Below are positions 51,300 through 64,000 of a stretch of DNA of 64,000 bases, in pieces; the first letter of the stretch is position 1; the number at the start of each line of letters is the position of its first letter. Under the pieces are notes generated by a model, which saw only the letters and a list, made by a program, of their open reading frames with translations, ran no database searches and had not been told where the DNA came from. The stretch is from NCBI RefSeq assembly GCF_018977255.1, contig NW_024704742.1:71984001-72048000 (forward strand), written 5' to 3'. A program made the translations under genes and the position numbers. The stretch comes from Callorhinchus milii (Eukaryota).

Positions 51300-52760
51300 T
51301 CCCTTCTCTCTCCTATCTCCCTCTCTCTCTATCTTTCCCTCTCTCTCTCTATCTCTCCTCCTTTTTCTTCCCCTCTTCTCTCTCTCTCTCTCCCTCTTTT
51401 CTCTCTCTCTCTCTCTCTCCCCCCTCTTCCCTCTCTCCTACTCTTTCTCTCCCCCTCTTTCAATCCCCCTCTCTCTTCTTTCTCTCCCCCCCGCTTCACT
51501 CCCCCCTTCTCTCTCCCCCTTCTCTCTCCCCCCTTCACTCCCCCCCCTCTCTCTCCCCCCTCTCTTCTCTCTCCCCCCCTTCTCTCTCCCCCCTCTCTTC
51601 TCTCTCCCCCCTATCTTCTCTCCCCCCCTCTCTTCTCTCTCCCCCCTCTCTTCTCTCTCCCCTCTCTTCTCTCTCCCCCTTCTCTCTCCCCCCTTCACTC
51701 CCCCCCTCTCTCTCCCCCCTCTCTTCTCTCTCACCCCTCTCTTCTGTCTCCCCCCCCTCTCTCCTCTTTCTCCCTCTCTTCTCTCTCCCCCCTCTCTTCT
51801 CTCTCACCCCTTCTTCTCTCCCCCCCTCTTCTCTCTCACCCCCTTCTCTTCTCTCTCCCCCTCTCTTCTCTCTCCCCCCCTCTCTTTCTCCCCCCCTCTC
51901 TTCTTTCTCCCCCCTCTCTTCTCTCTCCCCCCCCTCTCTCTCTCCCCCCCTCCTTCTCTCTCCCCCTCTCTTCTTTCTCACCCCTTCCTTTCTCTCTCCC
52001 CCTCTCTTCTCTCTCCCCCCTCTCTTCTCTCTCCCCCCTCTCTTCTCTCTCCCCCTCTCTTCTCTCTCCCCCCCCTCTCTTCTCTCTCCCCCCTCTCTTC
52101 TCTCTCACCCCTCTCTTCTCTCTCACCCCTCTCTTCTCTCTCCCCCCCTCTTCTTTCTCCCCCCTCTCTTCTCTCTCCCCCCTCTCTTCTCTCTACCCCC
52201 TCTCTTCTCTCTCTCCCCTCTCTTCTCTCTCCCCCCTCTCTTCTCTCTCACCCCTTCTCTTCTCTCTCCCTCTCTTCTCTCTACCCCCTCTCTTCTCTCC
52301 CCCCCTCTCTTCTCTCTCCCCCCCTCCTTCTCTCTCCCCTCTCTCTTCTCTCTCCCCCCTCTCTCTCTCTCCCCCCCTCTCTTCTCTCTCCCCCCCTTCT
52401 CTTCTCTCTCCCCCCCTCTCTTCTCTCTCCCCCCTCTCTTCTCTCTCCCCCCCTCTCTTCTCTCTCCCCCCTCTCTTCTCTCTCACCCCTCTCTTCTCTC
52501 TCACCCCTCTCTTCTCTCTACCCCTTCTCTTCTCTCTCCCCCCTCTCTTCTCTCTTCCCCTCTCTCTTCTCCCTCCTCTCTCTCACCCCTCTCCTCTTTC
52601 TCACCGCCGTCTCTTCCCTTTCTCACTGCCCCTTCTTGCCCTCTCCTCTCTATCTCTCCCCCATTTCCCTCTCTCTACCCCGATCTTCTCCCCCACCCCC
52701 ACAACCCCTCTCTTTCTCTCTCTCTCCCCTCTCACTCTACTCTCTCCCTCTCTCTTTCAC
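51300..52760. repeat. About 1.4-kb polypyrimidine/polypurine tandem tract
   Basis: Almost only C and T on the + strand, with CTCTCTTCTCTCTCCCC-type units. Confidence 0.95.
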
Positions 52761-53821
52761 ACACTAAATCCTTTTTTTAAAAAAAACAGCACTATTGGAA
52801 CGGGGTAAAACGTAATGTTAGCAGAGAAATCCTATTTTATAATTGTGGATTATAAAACGGGAGGGGTGAGATTTCAGTTTAATGGTGTAAAAGGCCGGGA
52901 TAGGAAATCATTTTAAATTATTCTCTTGTTATCACGGGTTTGCATCTTGTTTTGTTAGGATGAAATCCGGGTGTTGATAACGCACAGAGGGGGTACATGG
53001 TTGATACCCCCGTCTCCACCCACCCCAGCCATGTGTAAGGTGATTTTTAAAGGTTTTTGCTAATGATAAAATATAGTTCAATACTTCTCGAGAGTAGCGA
53101 GAGGTCAGGAAAGGGTCGGGAGACTGAAAGATTGACTGACATGATAGGTTTAAGTAGGTATAAAGCCAGAGCGGTCAGACAGTAACTCTCCTCTCTCTCT
53201 CTGTCTCTCTCTCTCTCCCCTCTCTCACCCCTTCTATTTTTCTATCTGTCCTCCCCCCACCCCTTCTTTCTCTGTCTGTCTCTCCCCACCCCCACCCCAC
53301 CCCCCCCCCTCTCTCTCTCTCTCTCTCCCCCCCGCCCCATCAGCTCAATAAAACTGTACTTCACTCCTTTTTTCTATTATAATAACAAATTACCATAACA
53401 GTTAATTTAGAGATTCCCTCTAAACGCGTGTTCTCTCTCGTACACATACACACACGATCTCTGTTTGAAATCGGTTGCAGTGAGGGTTTGGTTTAGTACT
53501 TAACACTAAATCCTTTATTATAAGAATGCATATCATGTAAACTCAGCAGTGAAAGGCGCTGTTAAAGTAATGTACATGTTTAGGTATTGTATTGTCGGGC
53601 TTTCCTTTGCGCCTGAACAGTATTTGAGAAATTGTTTTAACTTCAATCTGACACAAATTGGGATTTATTTTACCCCCTCTCCACGGGGTCTACTTACATA
53701 AAACCCGGTTTTCAAGTTGAGACTGAATTTAGCATTCTCACCTCACACTTCTAGCACTTTGGCACTCTAGCAATTTGGGGTGAAATTATGATTTAAGGCA
53801 AATGCCAGAATTTGCAGTCTG

Positions 53822-53853
<32 letters not shown>

Positions 53854-56649
53854 GCATATACGGACACATACACACACACAGGGTCTGAAAGGTGGAGTTA
53901 AATGCCTATTAATTTTCTTAAAGTTTTAGATGTTAAATCGTTCAACTTCCCCTTTATACACCTACACACAAACTCACAAAACACCCACACACACGCGGAG
54001 GAAAGCGCTTACAATGAATGCATTGCCTAAACGTGTACATGACATTAACACGTACACCTAAAATAAAACGAAAGAAATAATAATTTGGAGTCATGCAGTG
54101 TCAACTACTCACAGTCACCTCAAACAATCCTGTAGCTCAGTGGTTAGAGCACTCTCCTCGCAAGCGAGAGACTTGGGTTGGATTCCCGGCAGAGCGAAAA
54201 GTTGGGCAAGTTTCCTTTACTCCAAACGCCTCTATTTCCCCAGCAATAAGTAGGATTGGCGGATCGTTTTTCTGGGGATAATAATCCCTAAAAAAGACTG
54301 TTTGTGGGGCACCGCTGTGCGCAATTGGCTGCCGCGTTTCGCCCACAAATATACGGTCAATTCACTTTACAGTCTATTCTGTGAAGCGCTTTGAGATGTC
54401 GAGAAGACGTGAAAAAGCACTATATCAAATGCAAAGATTATTATTATTATTTATAAACACAGTGTAAAACGTTTCGCCCACAAAATATACAGTCTATTTA
54501 CTTTATAGTATATTCTATGAAGCGCTTTAAGGCGTCTCAACGACGTGATAAGGCGCTATATCAAATGCAAGGATTATTATTTTTATTATTAAAACCAGAC
54601 TGATATTAGCACATCCAGGATGGATAATAATAATAATCCCGCATTTGATACAGCACCTCATCACGTTGTTTCAAAGCTCTTCACATGATATACTGTCAAG
54701 TGAATAATTGACTGTATTTTGTGGGTGAAAGATATATAAAAGCAGCGGTTTGCTAAACCAGTAAAACGATCAGGATGTTTAAAGCTATCTCGGGGAATCC
54801 TTTAGAGAAAAAAACTTTAAAATCCATCTGTTTTAAAACAGGTCCATTTATTTTATTCAATTTATTTTGAAACCTACAAAATACACAGTCTTTACACTTC
54901 ACAGTACCATCCTGTCAGGAGCTGTGAGATATCTTCTCATTGTGAGAGGCGTTGTGTCAAATACAGAGTTTGTTACTGTAATAGTAAATCTAATAATAAT
55001 CCTTGTATTTGATATCGCACCATATTACGTCTCAAAACGCTTCACTGAATATACTGTGAAGTGTAGTGACTGTATTTTTGGGGTGAAACGTGGTAGCCAA
55101 TTGCGCACAGCAGTGTCTCACAAACGATGTTGCATTGAGCGACCCAATTATTATTATTATTATTTTAAAATAATAATTTATTATTTTGATAATATCGACT
55201 ACAGGTCCCTCTTTAGCCACACAGTCACTACACCGGGCAGCCAAGCCCGGGGGAGGGTTTGCGACATTTCCACTAAGTAATAAGGCGCAAGGTTTATTTT
55301 TATTTTTATTTATGATAAGGTGAAGAATTACTCCCCTTTTTACACACACAGCAGGTTTAACTAACAATATCTGGCCCAGAACACCCATAAGTGTAGATCA
55401 CAACTATATGTATATATATACATATATTCGTTAAAAAATATGAATTAAAACAATCATAACATATGATAGCTGTGTGTATTTACTGTGTATTTCGCCCACA
55501 AAATACACAGTCCATCCACTTTACAGTATATTCTGTGAAGCGTTTTGAGACGTCTTGAAGACGTGATAAGACACTGTATCAAATAGAAGGATTATTATTA
55601 TTTACTGAATCATTTCGCTGGTCACTGAGACAAGCAATGGCTAAATAATATTATTTAAAAACTGATGTAAAGAGACAGGGAGACGTTCGTTGTTCGAGAT
55701 TTGTTTTTCTGTAAGCAGTTGGCAGGAAATTTATCGCAATCATCTCTGTCCTTATGTTCTTGTTTACACTGTTAAACCAGAATATGTGTTCCTATTAATT
55801 TATGGTTTCAAGTTGGGCTCATCTTGATCAGCTGCCTCTCTCTCTGTCTATCTCTCTTTCCCTCTCCTTCTGTTTCTCTCTCTCTCCGTGTCCCTTTCTC
55901 CCTCTATCCCTCTCTCGGCCCCTCACTTTCCTTGTCTCTTTCTTTCCCTGTGTCTTCCTCTCTACCTGTCCCTCTCACTATCCTTTTCTCCCCGTGCCCA
56001 CCTCTCTTCAACCCTCTTTCTCTCTGTCTCTTTCACTGTCCCTTTTCTCTCTGTCCCCCTGACACTGCCCTTCCCTCTCTCCCCCTCTCTGCCTCTCTCT
56101 CTCTCTCTCTTCTACCCCTCTCTCTGTGTCTCCCTCTCTCTACCCCCTCTCTCAATCCCTGACTCTCTCTCCCCCTCTCTGTATCTATCCCCCCCCCCAC
56201 CCTTTCTCTCTCTCTGGTGTGTGTATAAGTGAGCCCGAGAGAGTTACAATAAGAAATATCTCCTTGTCCAGAGCATGTGGCAGCTGTAAGGCAGTCAGTG
56301 TAACCAGGGTGAGAGGTTGATCACGGTGGTGGGGAGGGGGGAGAGAGGTTTGCTTCTGTGTGTAAAAGTCTGTGATTGTGTGAGGGTTAGTAAATGTCTG
56401 TGATTATGTGAGAGCTAGTGATAGGGATACAGTTGGAGGGAAGGAGAGATTAATGAGGCCCAAAAGGATATGGAGCAAAAAATAAATCATATATAAAGTA
56501 AAACAATCACAGAAACGAGGGGCTTTTTTTTTAGATTTTTACAATAAGAAAGACACAATTTGCGGGAGGGGCTGAATATGATGTGAAAATAAAATTTAAA
56601 AGCTTAACAGGAGAGAACGAAGCAGGTATAGAGAGTAGTTCTTGCCTGA

Positions 56650-57290
56650 GAGAATGAGTGTGTGAGAGAAGACGAGTAGACAGTAGTTCGTGAGTGAGAA
56701 AGTGAGTGAGTGGGTGTGAGAGGAGACGAATGAGTCTGTGAGAGTGAGTGTGACAGTGAGTGGGTGAGACAATGAGGAAGTGAATGTGAGAGGAGACAAG
56801 TGAGTGAGTGAGGGAATGAGGAAGTGAGTGAGGGAGGGAAGGGAATGAGTAAGTGAATTTGTGTGTGAGTGAGTGACAGAGGGAGGGAGGTAATGTGTGA
56901 GAGTGAGACTGAGTATGAGTGTAAGAGTGAGTGTGTGTGTGAGTGAGTAAGTGAGATTGTGAGTGGGAGGGCGGGTGGGTGAGGGAGGGAGTGTGTGACA
57001 GAATGTGTGAGTGAGGGAATGTGGAAATGAGTTAGTGAGAATGAGTGAAGGAGGGAAAGAGTGACAGAGTGAGTGAATGACAGAATGAGTGAGTGACACA
57101 GTGAGATAGTGAGTGAGTGACATAGTGAGGTAGTGAGTGAGTGACAAAGTGAGGCAGTGAGGTTATGAGAGAGTGAGTGTGTGAATGAGGTAGTGAGTGT
57201 GTGAATGAGGTAGTGAGTATGTTAGTGAGGAAGTGAGTTGAGAGGAGACAAGCGAGTGAAGTAGTGAGTGTATGAGTGAGTGTGGGAGGT
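56650..57290. repeat. Degenerate (GAGT)n tract
   Basis: Directly visible. Confidence 0.85.
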
Positions 57291-57449
57291 TAGGGCTATC
57301 TCCCTGATGCTGTGCTTGCCTGGTTGCCTTACAGATGCCAAGGGGATGATCAGGGAGATAGTGACAGATTGACAGAGTGACTGAGTGAAGCAGTAAGGTA
57401 GTGAATGAGACGTTTGGGCTATCTCCTTGATGCTGTTGTTGCCTTGCAG

Positions 57450-57637
57450 ACGCCAAGGGGACAATCAGGGAGATAGTGCTGCCTCGAGGCTTGGACCTGG
57501 ACCGGCCCAAGCGGACTCGCACCTCCTTCACAGCCGAGCAGCTATACCGCCTGGAGCTGGAGTTTCAGCGCTGCCAGTATGTGGTGGGCAGAGAGCGGAC
57601 AGAGCTATCCAGACAGCTCAGCTTGTCCGAGACACAG
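57450..57637 (+). CDS. VAX2: VAX2 exon 2 (homeodomain N-arm to start of helix 3); gene incomplete in this window
   Basis: (D)[69 protein letters not shown] is VAX2-type, VAX1 has GSIREII; TGCAG|...|GTACAC. Confidence 0.95.
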
Positions 57638-59394
57638 GTACACACAGCTCAACCTGTCCCAGACACAGGTACACACACAGACAGCTTGCTTCAGGCATGG
57701 GTAGCCTGAGCAGAGATTCAAATACGTTTTTGGCCTAATGTCAACCTGTAGGGTAGTGGTTAGAGAACTCACCTCACAAGCGAGAGGACCTGGGCTTGAT
57801 TTCTGGGCAGGGCGAAAGTCTCTGTTTACTTTGTAGTAAATAGGAACCTGGTTGTTAGTCGATTGGCAGATCACTTTCCAGGGTAACAGTCCCTCCCAAA
57901 AAAAATGTGGTCACTCAATTCATGACTGTTTTTGGGACACTGCTGTGCACAATTGGCTATCGGGTTTCACACACAAAATACACAGTCACTGTGCTTTACA
58001 ATATCTTCTGTGAAGCCCATTGAGACGTCTCAACAACATGATAAGGCACTATATCAAATGCAAGGTATTATAATAATATACAGTAAACACCTGATAACTC
58101 AACCCTGGCTAAACTTGTCACTACTACTTAAGTCATCATGCTCATCGGCAGCAATTGGAAGACCAGTCACTGGGGGCAGGGAGTCATCCCACTCAGCTCC
58201 TATTAACCCTGCAAACCGAAGCACTAACAGGTAGGGTGGTCCTAGTTGGTCAAGTAGCAAAAAGCTTGCTGGACAGCAACATCAATGCAAGCTATGCGAT
58301 TTTAGCTGGTTAGACTCCAACGGTTATCACAATGCACTTTCTGGGGTCCCCAAGCCTTGGCACTTGCCAACCTGCGCCTAGTACTCTCCAGAATTAGATA
58401 AGCAGGAAGCATCCCTTTAGGGAGAAAGTGCACGTTCCATTCTAACAATCTGTCTCTGGGATTTCCATGTGCTGGTTTCACATGAAATTCTCAGTTTGAT
58501 TTGGCGACTCTTACGCATGGTGATGGGTTTCCAAATGAGTCCAACTAGGACCACCCTACCTGTTAGGGCTTTGGTTTGCAGGGTTAACAGGAGCTGAGTG
58601 GGAGGAGTTCCTGCCTCAGTGACTGGTCTGCCCTTCCAAGTCCTGCCAATGAGCCAGGCTGTGCTGTGCTGTCATCAGCAGTGCCCTGGAATACTGCGGA
58701 CCGCCTGGCTCAGGAACCGAGCTGGACACCAGAGGGCTGACATTTATGACATTCCGTTGCCAGGCATGTCACCTTGGAGCCAGTTAAGCTCCAAGGAGAC
58801 CCCACTTACTGCCTGTCTGAGATTTTGAGAGCTTTACTCTGTGTCTAATCTGTCTCTAATCCACAACGTTACTGACTTGGGAAGTATGGACGTTCTCCCG
58901 ATATGAAAGATGCTTTACAAATGTAATTTTGTTGTTGTTGTCCATAACCCATACTGTCACTGACCTGGGAGTGTGGGCTGACAGTGACTGACAATTGCTC
59001 ATTCACCCATTTCCATTTGCGCACAGGAATGTATTGTGAGGGGTACATTCCTGTGCGCAAAATCAGCTGCTGCTTTTTGTTTACAAAATACAGTCATTGC
59101 ATGTGATAGTAATTACTGTGATGGAGTCTGAAATGTTGCGACGTGAGGTGGTAGTATTGAAGGCCTCACTTATTTCCTCCTGTAGGAAGTGCACAGAGCT
59201 GGAAAATGAGTGTGACACTGAGCGTGGTTCCAGGTGTTGAGATGCGGCAGAGTGTCACAGAGGAGCGGGCTGTGGACGGTTTCCATCAGTCACATCATAT
59301 GATTGTGCAGGTTTCAGAGACATCAGTGTGGGGCTTGGGAATCAGTAATAAGGGGCAATGCCACAGGCTATTGTGTCAGGGATCTGTATGTAAA

Positions 59395-59795
59395 TTTTGG
59401 CTCAGTTTGGCACTCTCACCTCTGAGTCAGGTTCAAGCCCCACATTGAGAATTTGATCTCAGTTCAGCATGATGCTCCAGTGCAGTATTGGGGAGAGAGA
59501 GCGCCGCATTGTCTGAGATGTTGTTCTTCAGATGAGACATTAACCCAAAGTACCATCTGTGCCTGGTCAGGTGGCAGAACTCAAAAAGACAAGGGAGTTT
59601 TTCTCTCAGTGTCCAAGCTGACAATTCCCCCAGTTAAAAATTGGTCACTCATTTCATGTGGGATGTTGCTGTGTGCAAATTGACTGCCACATTTGCCCTT
59701 AAAATACACCATCATTGCACTTTACAGTGAATCCTGTGAGGCGCTTTGAGAAATCGCAATGTGAACGGTGTGATATTAAATGTCAGGATTATTAA
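59395..59795 (+). mobile_element. Deu-domain SINE (SacSINE1-like); other copies at 17595-17820, 32645-32865, 37095-37215(-), 63560-63890
   Basis: GCACTCTCACCTCTGAGTCAG, CTCCAGTGCAGTATTG, CAGATGAGACATTAA, TTGCTGTGTGCAAATTG. Confidence 0.7.
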
Positions 59796-60056
59796 TGTTG
59801 GTAGTGCCACAATAGCTAAGTCTTCAAAACAGTCAGAGGATGGATGGTGAGAGATTATTCCCAGTGCTCAGAGCAATACTAAACCAACTGTGGATAGTGA
59901 ACTGAAAGAGTTCAGGAGAAGTTCAGAGAAAAGTTCCTCAAACTCAGAGCTGTGAGGGGTGAAATGTTTGTCATATGCAAGTGAGACTGAGCTGGAACAC
60001 TATCTAAAAGTGAAATGGATAAATATTTGAAGAATATCAAAGGGTAAAAGGAAAAG

Positions 60057-60405
60057 AGCAGAGAATGGGATTAGAGTAGAGAAATCCAGTGGGAGAGCAA
60101 GCACCAGCACAGACACGATGGGGAGAGGAGAGCAGGGAATGGAATTAGAGTAGAGAGCTCCAGTGGAGAGCGAGCACTAGCACAGACACGATGGGGAGAG
60201 CAGGGAATGGGATTAGAGTAGAGAGCTCCAGTGAGGGAGCGCGCACCAGCACAGACACGATGGGGAGAGCAGGGAATGGGATTAGAGTAGAGAGCTCCAG
60301 TGAGGGAGGGAGCACCAGCACAGACACGATGGGGAGAGCAGGGAATGGGATTAGAGTAGAGAGCTCCAGTGGGGGAGCGAGCACCAGCACAGACACGATG
60401 AGCCG
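60057..60405 (+). repeat. 69-bp tandem repeat, about 5 copies, derived from a CR1-like 3' end
   Basis: AGCAGGGAATGGGATTAGAGTAGAGAGCTCCAGTG...GCACAGACACGATGGG units following decayed CR1-like sequence at 59900-60056. Confidence 0.8.
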
Positions 60406-61674
60406 ATGATTTTATTATTCTAATAATAGATAAAATCTAAAACCGTATTGTCTTAAATCGTAAAATTCTGGAAAACTATCTGACCTTGGTTCCTTTTAAA
60501 GAAAAAAATAATTTGTCGAATTGTGCTCTGCCACTGTCAAGCACTCAGGGATGGTACCCTGCGTGAGGGGCACTGTGCACTGTGTAAATGCAAGTTATTG
60601 TAATTCTCAACACAGAGAGGAGCTCTCCTCACTTATCTCCGCCTTAACATGAAGCAGTGTTGAGCCGGGCAGAGGTTGATGTGAGGAATCTCTGGAAGCA
60701 GGGGTGAGGGGTCTCGTGGCTATGGTAAAGAGCAGGAGCTGTTTGTTCAGAGCTAACCTCCTCCCCACCCCCTCTCCTCCACCATCGCTTGGCTTTTAAC
60801 TGACGTTACATTGTCACCCGAGGCAGTGAAGACACAGGCAGGAATCCGTGCGTTCAGCTCAGCTCTTGGAACCTTCCAGGGATGTCACGCTCTCTTTAGC
60901 GGACGTATTTGACCTTTTACCAGCAAGAATGTGAGCTGCAGGATGGTTGCTGGCTCCTAATTCCTGTCAGGCTGGGGGCTGGGCAGCACAGTGAGGAGGT
61001 TATTATTCAGAAGGACAGGGAATGGGAGGAGGGAATAGGAGCGAGCCCAGCGAGCCAACCTGTGGACTTATCTTCAGGTTTTTGTTGGGAGTTGGTTTGT
61101 CCGGGTCCAACCCTTACCCATCACCATGACTGAACAAATTTGATACCCAAGTGAGGCGAAACCTTAGGCAAGTTTCCTTATTCCACACATCTCTGTTTAC
61201 CTAGCAATAAGTAGGAACACAGTTGCTAGTCAATTGGAGGATCACTTTCTGGATGTAATAATCCCTTTAAAATTGATAATAATAATTTGGTCACTCAGTC
61301 CACAACTGTTTGTGTGACATTAGCTGTCGCATTTCACCCACAAACTACAGTCATTACACTTTACAGTATATCCTGTGAAGTGCTTTGAGATGACTCAACA
61401 ACGTGATAAGGCACTACATCAAATGCATGAATTGTTCTTATCATAAATTCAGATTGTCACTGTAGAAGGAAGATATCCTAAATGGTAAATATAAAGGAGG
61501 AGTGGGACTGAACGGCATGATGTCTGATTGCCCTCCTGTGTTGTGGCATTTTGTTCAAGGCTCTGTCTACACTGCAGGGCCTGGTAGAGGTGGGCACAGT
61601 GGAGGGATTTGAGAGTGAGAGAAAGAGAGAGATATCGGGATAGAGCAGGACTAGAGGATTAAATGGACCTTTTG

Positions 61675-62140
61675 CTCTATGTAGGTGTACGTGATTGCAT
61701 TTAGATGGACATGATGGCGTGTAGATATATGTGTAGGTATATGTCAGCCTGTGTAGATGTATGTGACGTCTGTAGGTGTACATGAAGTGTAGGTGACATG
61801 TATAGATGTATGTAATGGTTATAGTGTATGTGACGTGTGTAGGTAATGTGTGTAGATGTAGATGATGTGTGTAGATGGCATGTGTAGGTGTGTATGTGTC
61901 ATGTGTAGATGGCGTGTGTAGCTGTGTGTGTGACTTGTGTTGATGATGTGTGTAGGTATGTGTGCTGTGTGTAGATGGCGTGAGTAGGTGTAAGTTAGGT
62001 GTGTAGATGACATATGTAGGTGTGTGTGCTGTGTGTAGGTGTGTGCTATGTGTAGATGTGTGTAGGTGCGCGCGACGTGTGTAGGTGCGAGCGACGTGTG
62101 TAGGTGCGTGCGACGTGTGTAGGAGTAGGTGACGATGCCT
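61675..62140. repeat. GT-rich degenerate tandem repeat (GTGTGTAGRTG)
   Basis: Directly visible. Confidence 0.85.
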
Positions 62141-64000
62141 GAGCTGCGGCACTGTGACACAGATTGTGTATTGTGGTGTGGTTGACAGTATCTATGTATA
62201 GTTCAGTTCAGACTAACCTGCTATAGGACAGGTATGTTGGTATAGTTCACAGTGTCTCTGTATAGGTGACGGTTCCTTGGTACAGCTGTGTAATAGACAT
62301 TACCTTGTCACTCTCTAGGTAATGTGACAGAATCTTGGCACACTTGATGGTATCTTGGTGCAGTTAGTGATGTTTTGTGTGGTTGGTAGTTGGTATAGCT
62401 GATGGTTGGTGTAGTTGGTGATGTCTTGGTGCATTCAACAGTTTCTGCATATCATTGCTGCCGTATTTATTGACAATGCTTTGTTAAGTTGACGATGTCT
62501 ATAATAATCTTTGCATTTAATAAAGTGTCTTTGAGTTGTTCTCCCAATGTGAAAAGCGCTATACAAATGTAATGTTGTTGTTGTCTCAAAGAACTTTACA
62601 AGATTTACTGTAAAATGCAACTTTACAGTTAATGGTAATTACAGGTGGTTAATGGTGCCCTGGTTAATGGTATCCTGGTGGAGTTAGCGATTTCTTAGTA
62701 TAGTTGATGCCATCTAGCTGGACAACAACAACAATATATAACAACAAATTGCATTTATATAGCGCCTTTTACACTGGGAGGAATGCTAAGATGCTGGACA
62801 ATCAAGGATCAAGGGTTTGCATCCGAGCTGTGGGCTGGAGTCAAGAGGGGTGGAGGGCAAGTGGGTGTAGCATGGGAAGATGACAGAAGGCACAGTTAAA
62901 CTTGAAGGTCTTGAGACGGGCCTTCAAGGAGGCAAGAGAGGGCGCAAGAGGGAGGAAATCTGTAATGGATTTCCACAGGGTGGGACCAGCGAGGCTGAAG
63001 CTGCAATAATGGATATCACTATCTGACAGTAGGTAACTGATCTCCAGGGCACTGCTTACAAAAGGCCAGCCAGCCTGGCTTATCAGTAGGACTTGCACAC
63101 CAGTTACTGCGGCAGAGACTCTTCTCACTTCGCTCCTGTTAACCCTGCAAGCACAAGCCCTAAAGTGCAGAGTGGTCCTAGCTGGATAAGAGTGGGAAAA
63201 GCTTGCCAGACAGTGATATCAATGGCAAGCTATGTGGTTTTAGCTGGTTAGACTCCACCAGTTACCACAAGGCACATTCTGGTGTCCCAAAGCCTTGGCT
63301 CTTGCCAACCTGTACTTTCTGGAATTAGATAAGCAGGATGCATCCCTCCAGGGAGAGAGTACACATTTCATTCCTATAATCTATCTCTGGAATTTCCATG
63401 TGTATGGATGCATGGAAATGTTAGTTTGGTTTGAATACTCTTAAACACGATGATGGGTTTCCGTGTGTGCCAGACACCCAGCTGATCAAAAGCAGAGACT
63501 GATCTCAGCCAGAGTGGAGACAGTTCTTTGTAAGACATTGATGCGCACAAATAATGTGTCAGCTCAGCTCAGCTGGTAGCACTCTCGTTTCTAAGTCAGA
63601 GGCCGTAGGATCAAGCCTCACGTTGGGACTTGTACTCACATAATCTCGGGGAATGGGGGTTTGTACTGCAGAGGTGCCATCCTTCAGATGAAATGTTAAA
63701 CTCAGATTCTGTCTGCCTGTTGAGGACATTGCCAGCACTATTGGTCATCCTCCCAATGTGAAAGGTACTCCATGAATGTAATTTGTTGTTGTTGACATTA
63801 AAGATCCCGCAGTGCTGTTGAAAAAGAAAAGGGAAATTCTCTCTCCGAGTGTTCTGGCCGACAATCCCCCAGTTAAAATCGGTCAGCCTCTCGCCCATCT
63901 CTAGGAACTGGCTTGCTCTGGTTCATCCTGCATCTCCGTCCGTGTGTAAGTCTCGAAGGCAGTGCGCACACCGTAGCCAACCGAGAGTTCATGGAGGTTG

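Noticed and set aside
57638..64000. VAX2 exon 3 (VKVWFQNRRTK)
   Set aside because: Not found by eye; GTGGTTCCAG near 59224 lacks the flanking codons and an acceptor. It is presumably downstream of the window.

Overview
Vertebrate nuclear genomic DNA, not prokaryotic. The repeat content (L2 and CR1/HER1-type LINEs, Deu-domain SINEs) suggests a cartilaginous fish; this is an inference. The window holds a complete 12-exon CCT7 gene (+ strand, 5771-21749, 543 aa, all introns GT-AG and phase-consistent) and exons 1-2 of the homeobox gene VAX2 (+ strand, 46940-47204 and 57450-57637; exon 3 not found, presumably beyond the window). It also holds a decayed PGAM fragment, many 5'-truncated LINEs, two tRNA-derived SINE families, an unclassified interspersed repeat, and large minisatellite and low-complexity tracts that explain most ORF-track calls. 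I found no convincing new multi-gene system. The most unusual signals are splice sites multiplied by local duplication (an array of CAG|GTAAG donors after CCT7 exon 11; a duplicated acceptor and a duplicated donor around VAX2 exon 2), a three-way-junction RNA candidate in CCT7 intron 10, SINE copies carrying the L2 3' tail variant, and a convergent CTCF motif pair between CCT7 and VAX2. Repeat boundaries are approximate and family names were recognised by eye, not by database search.
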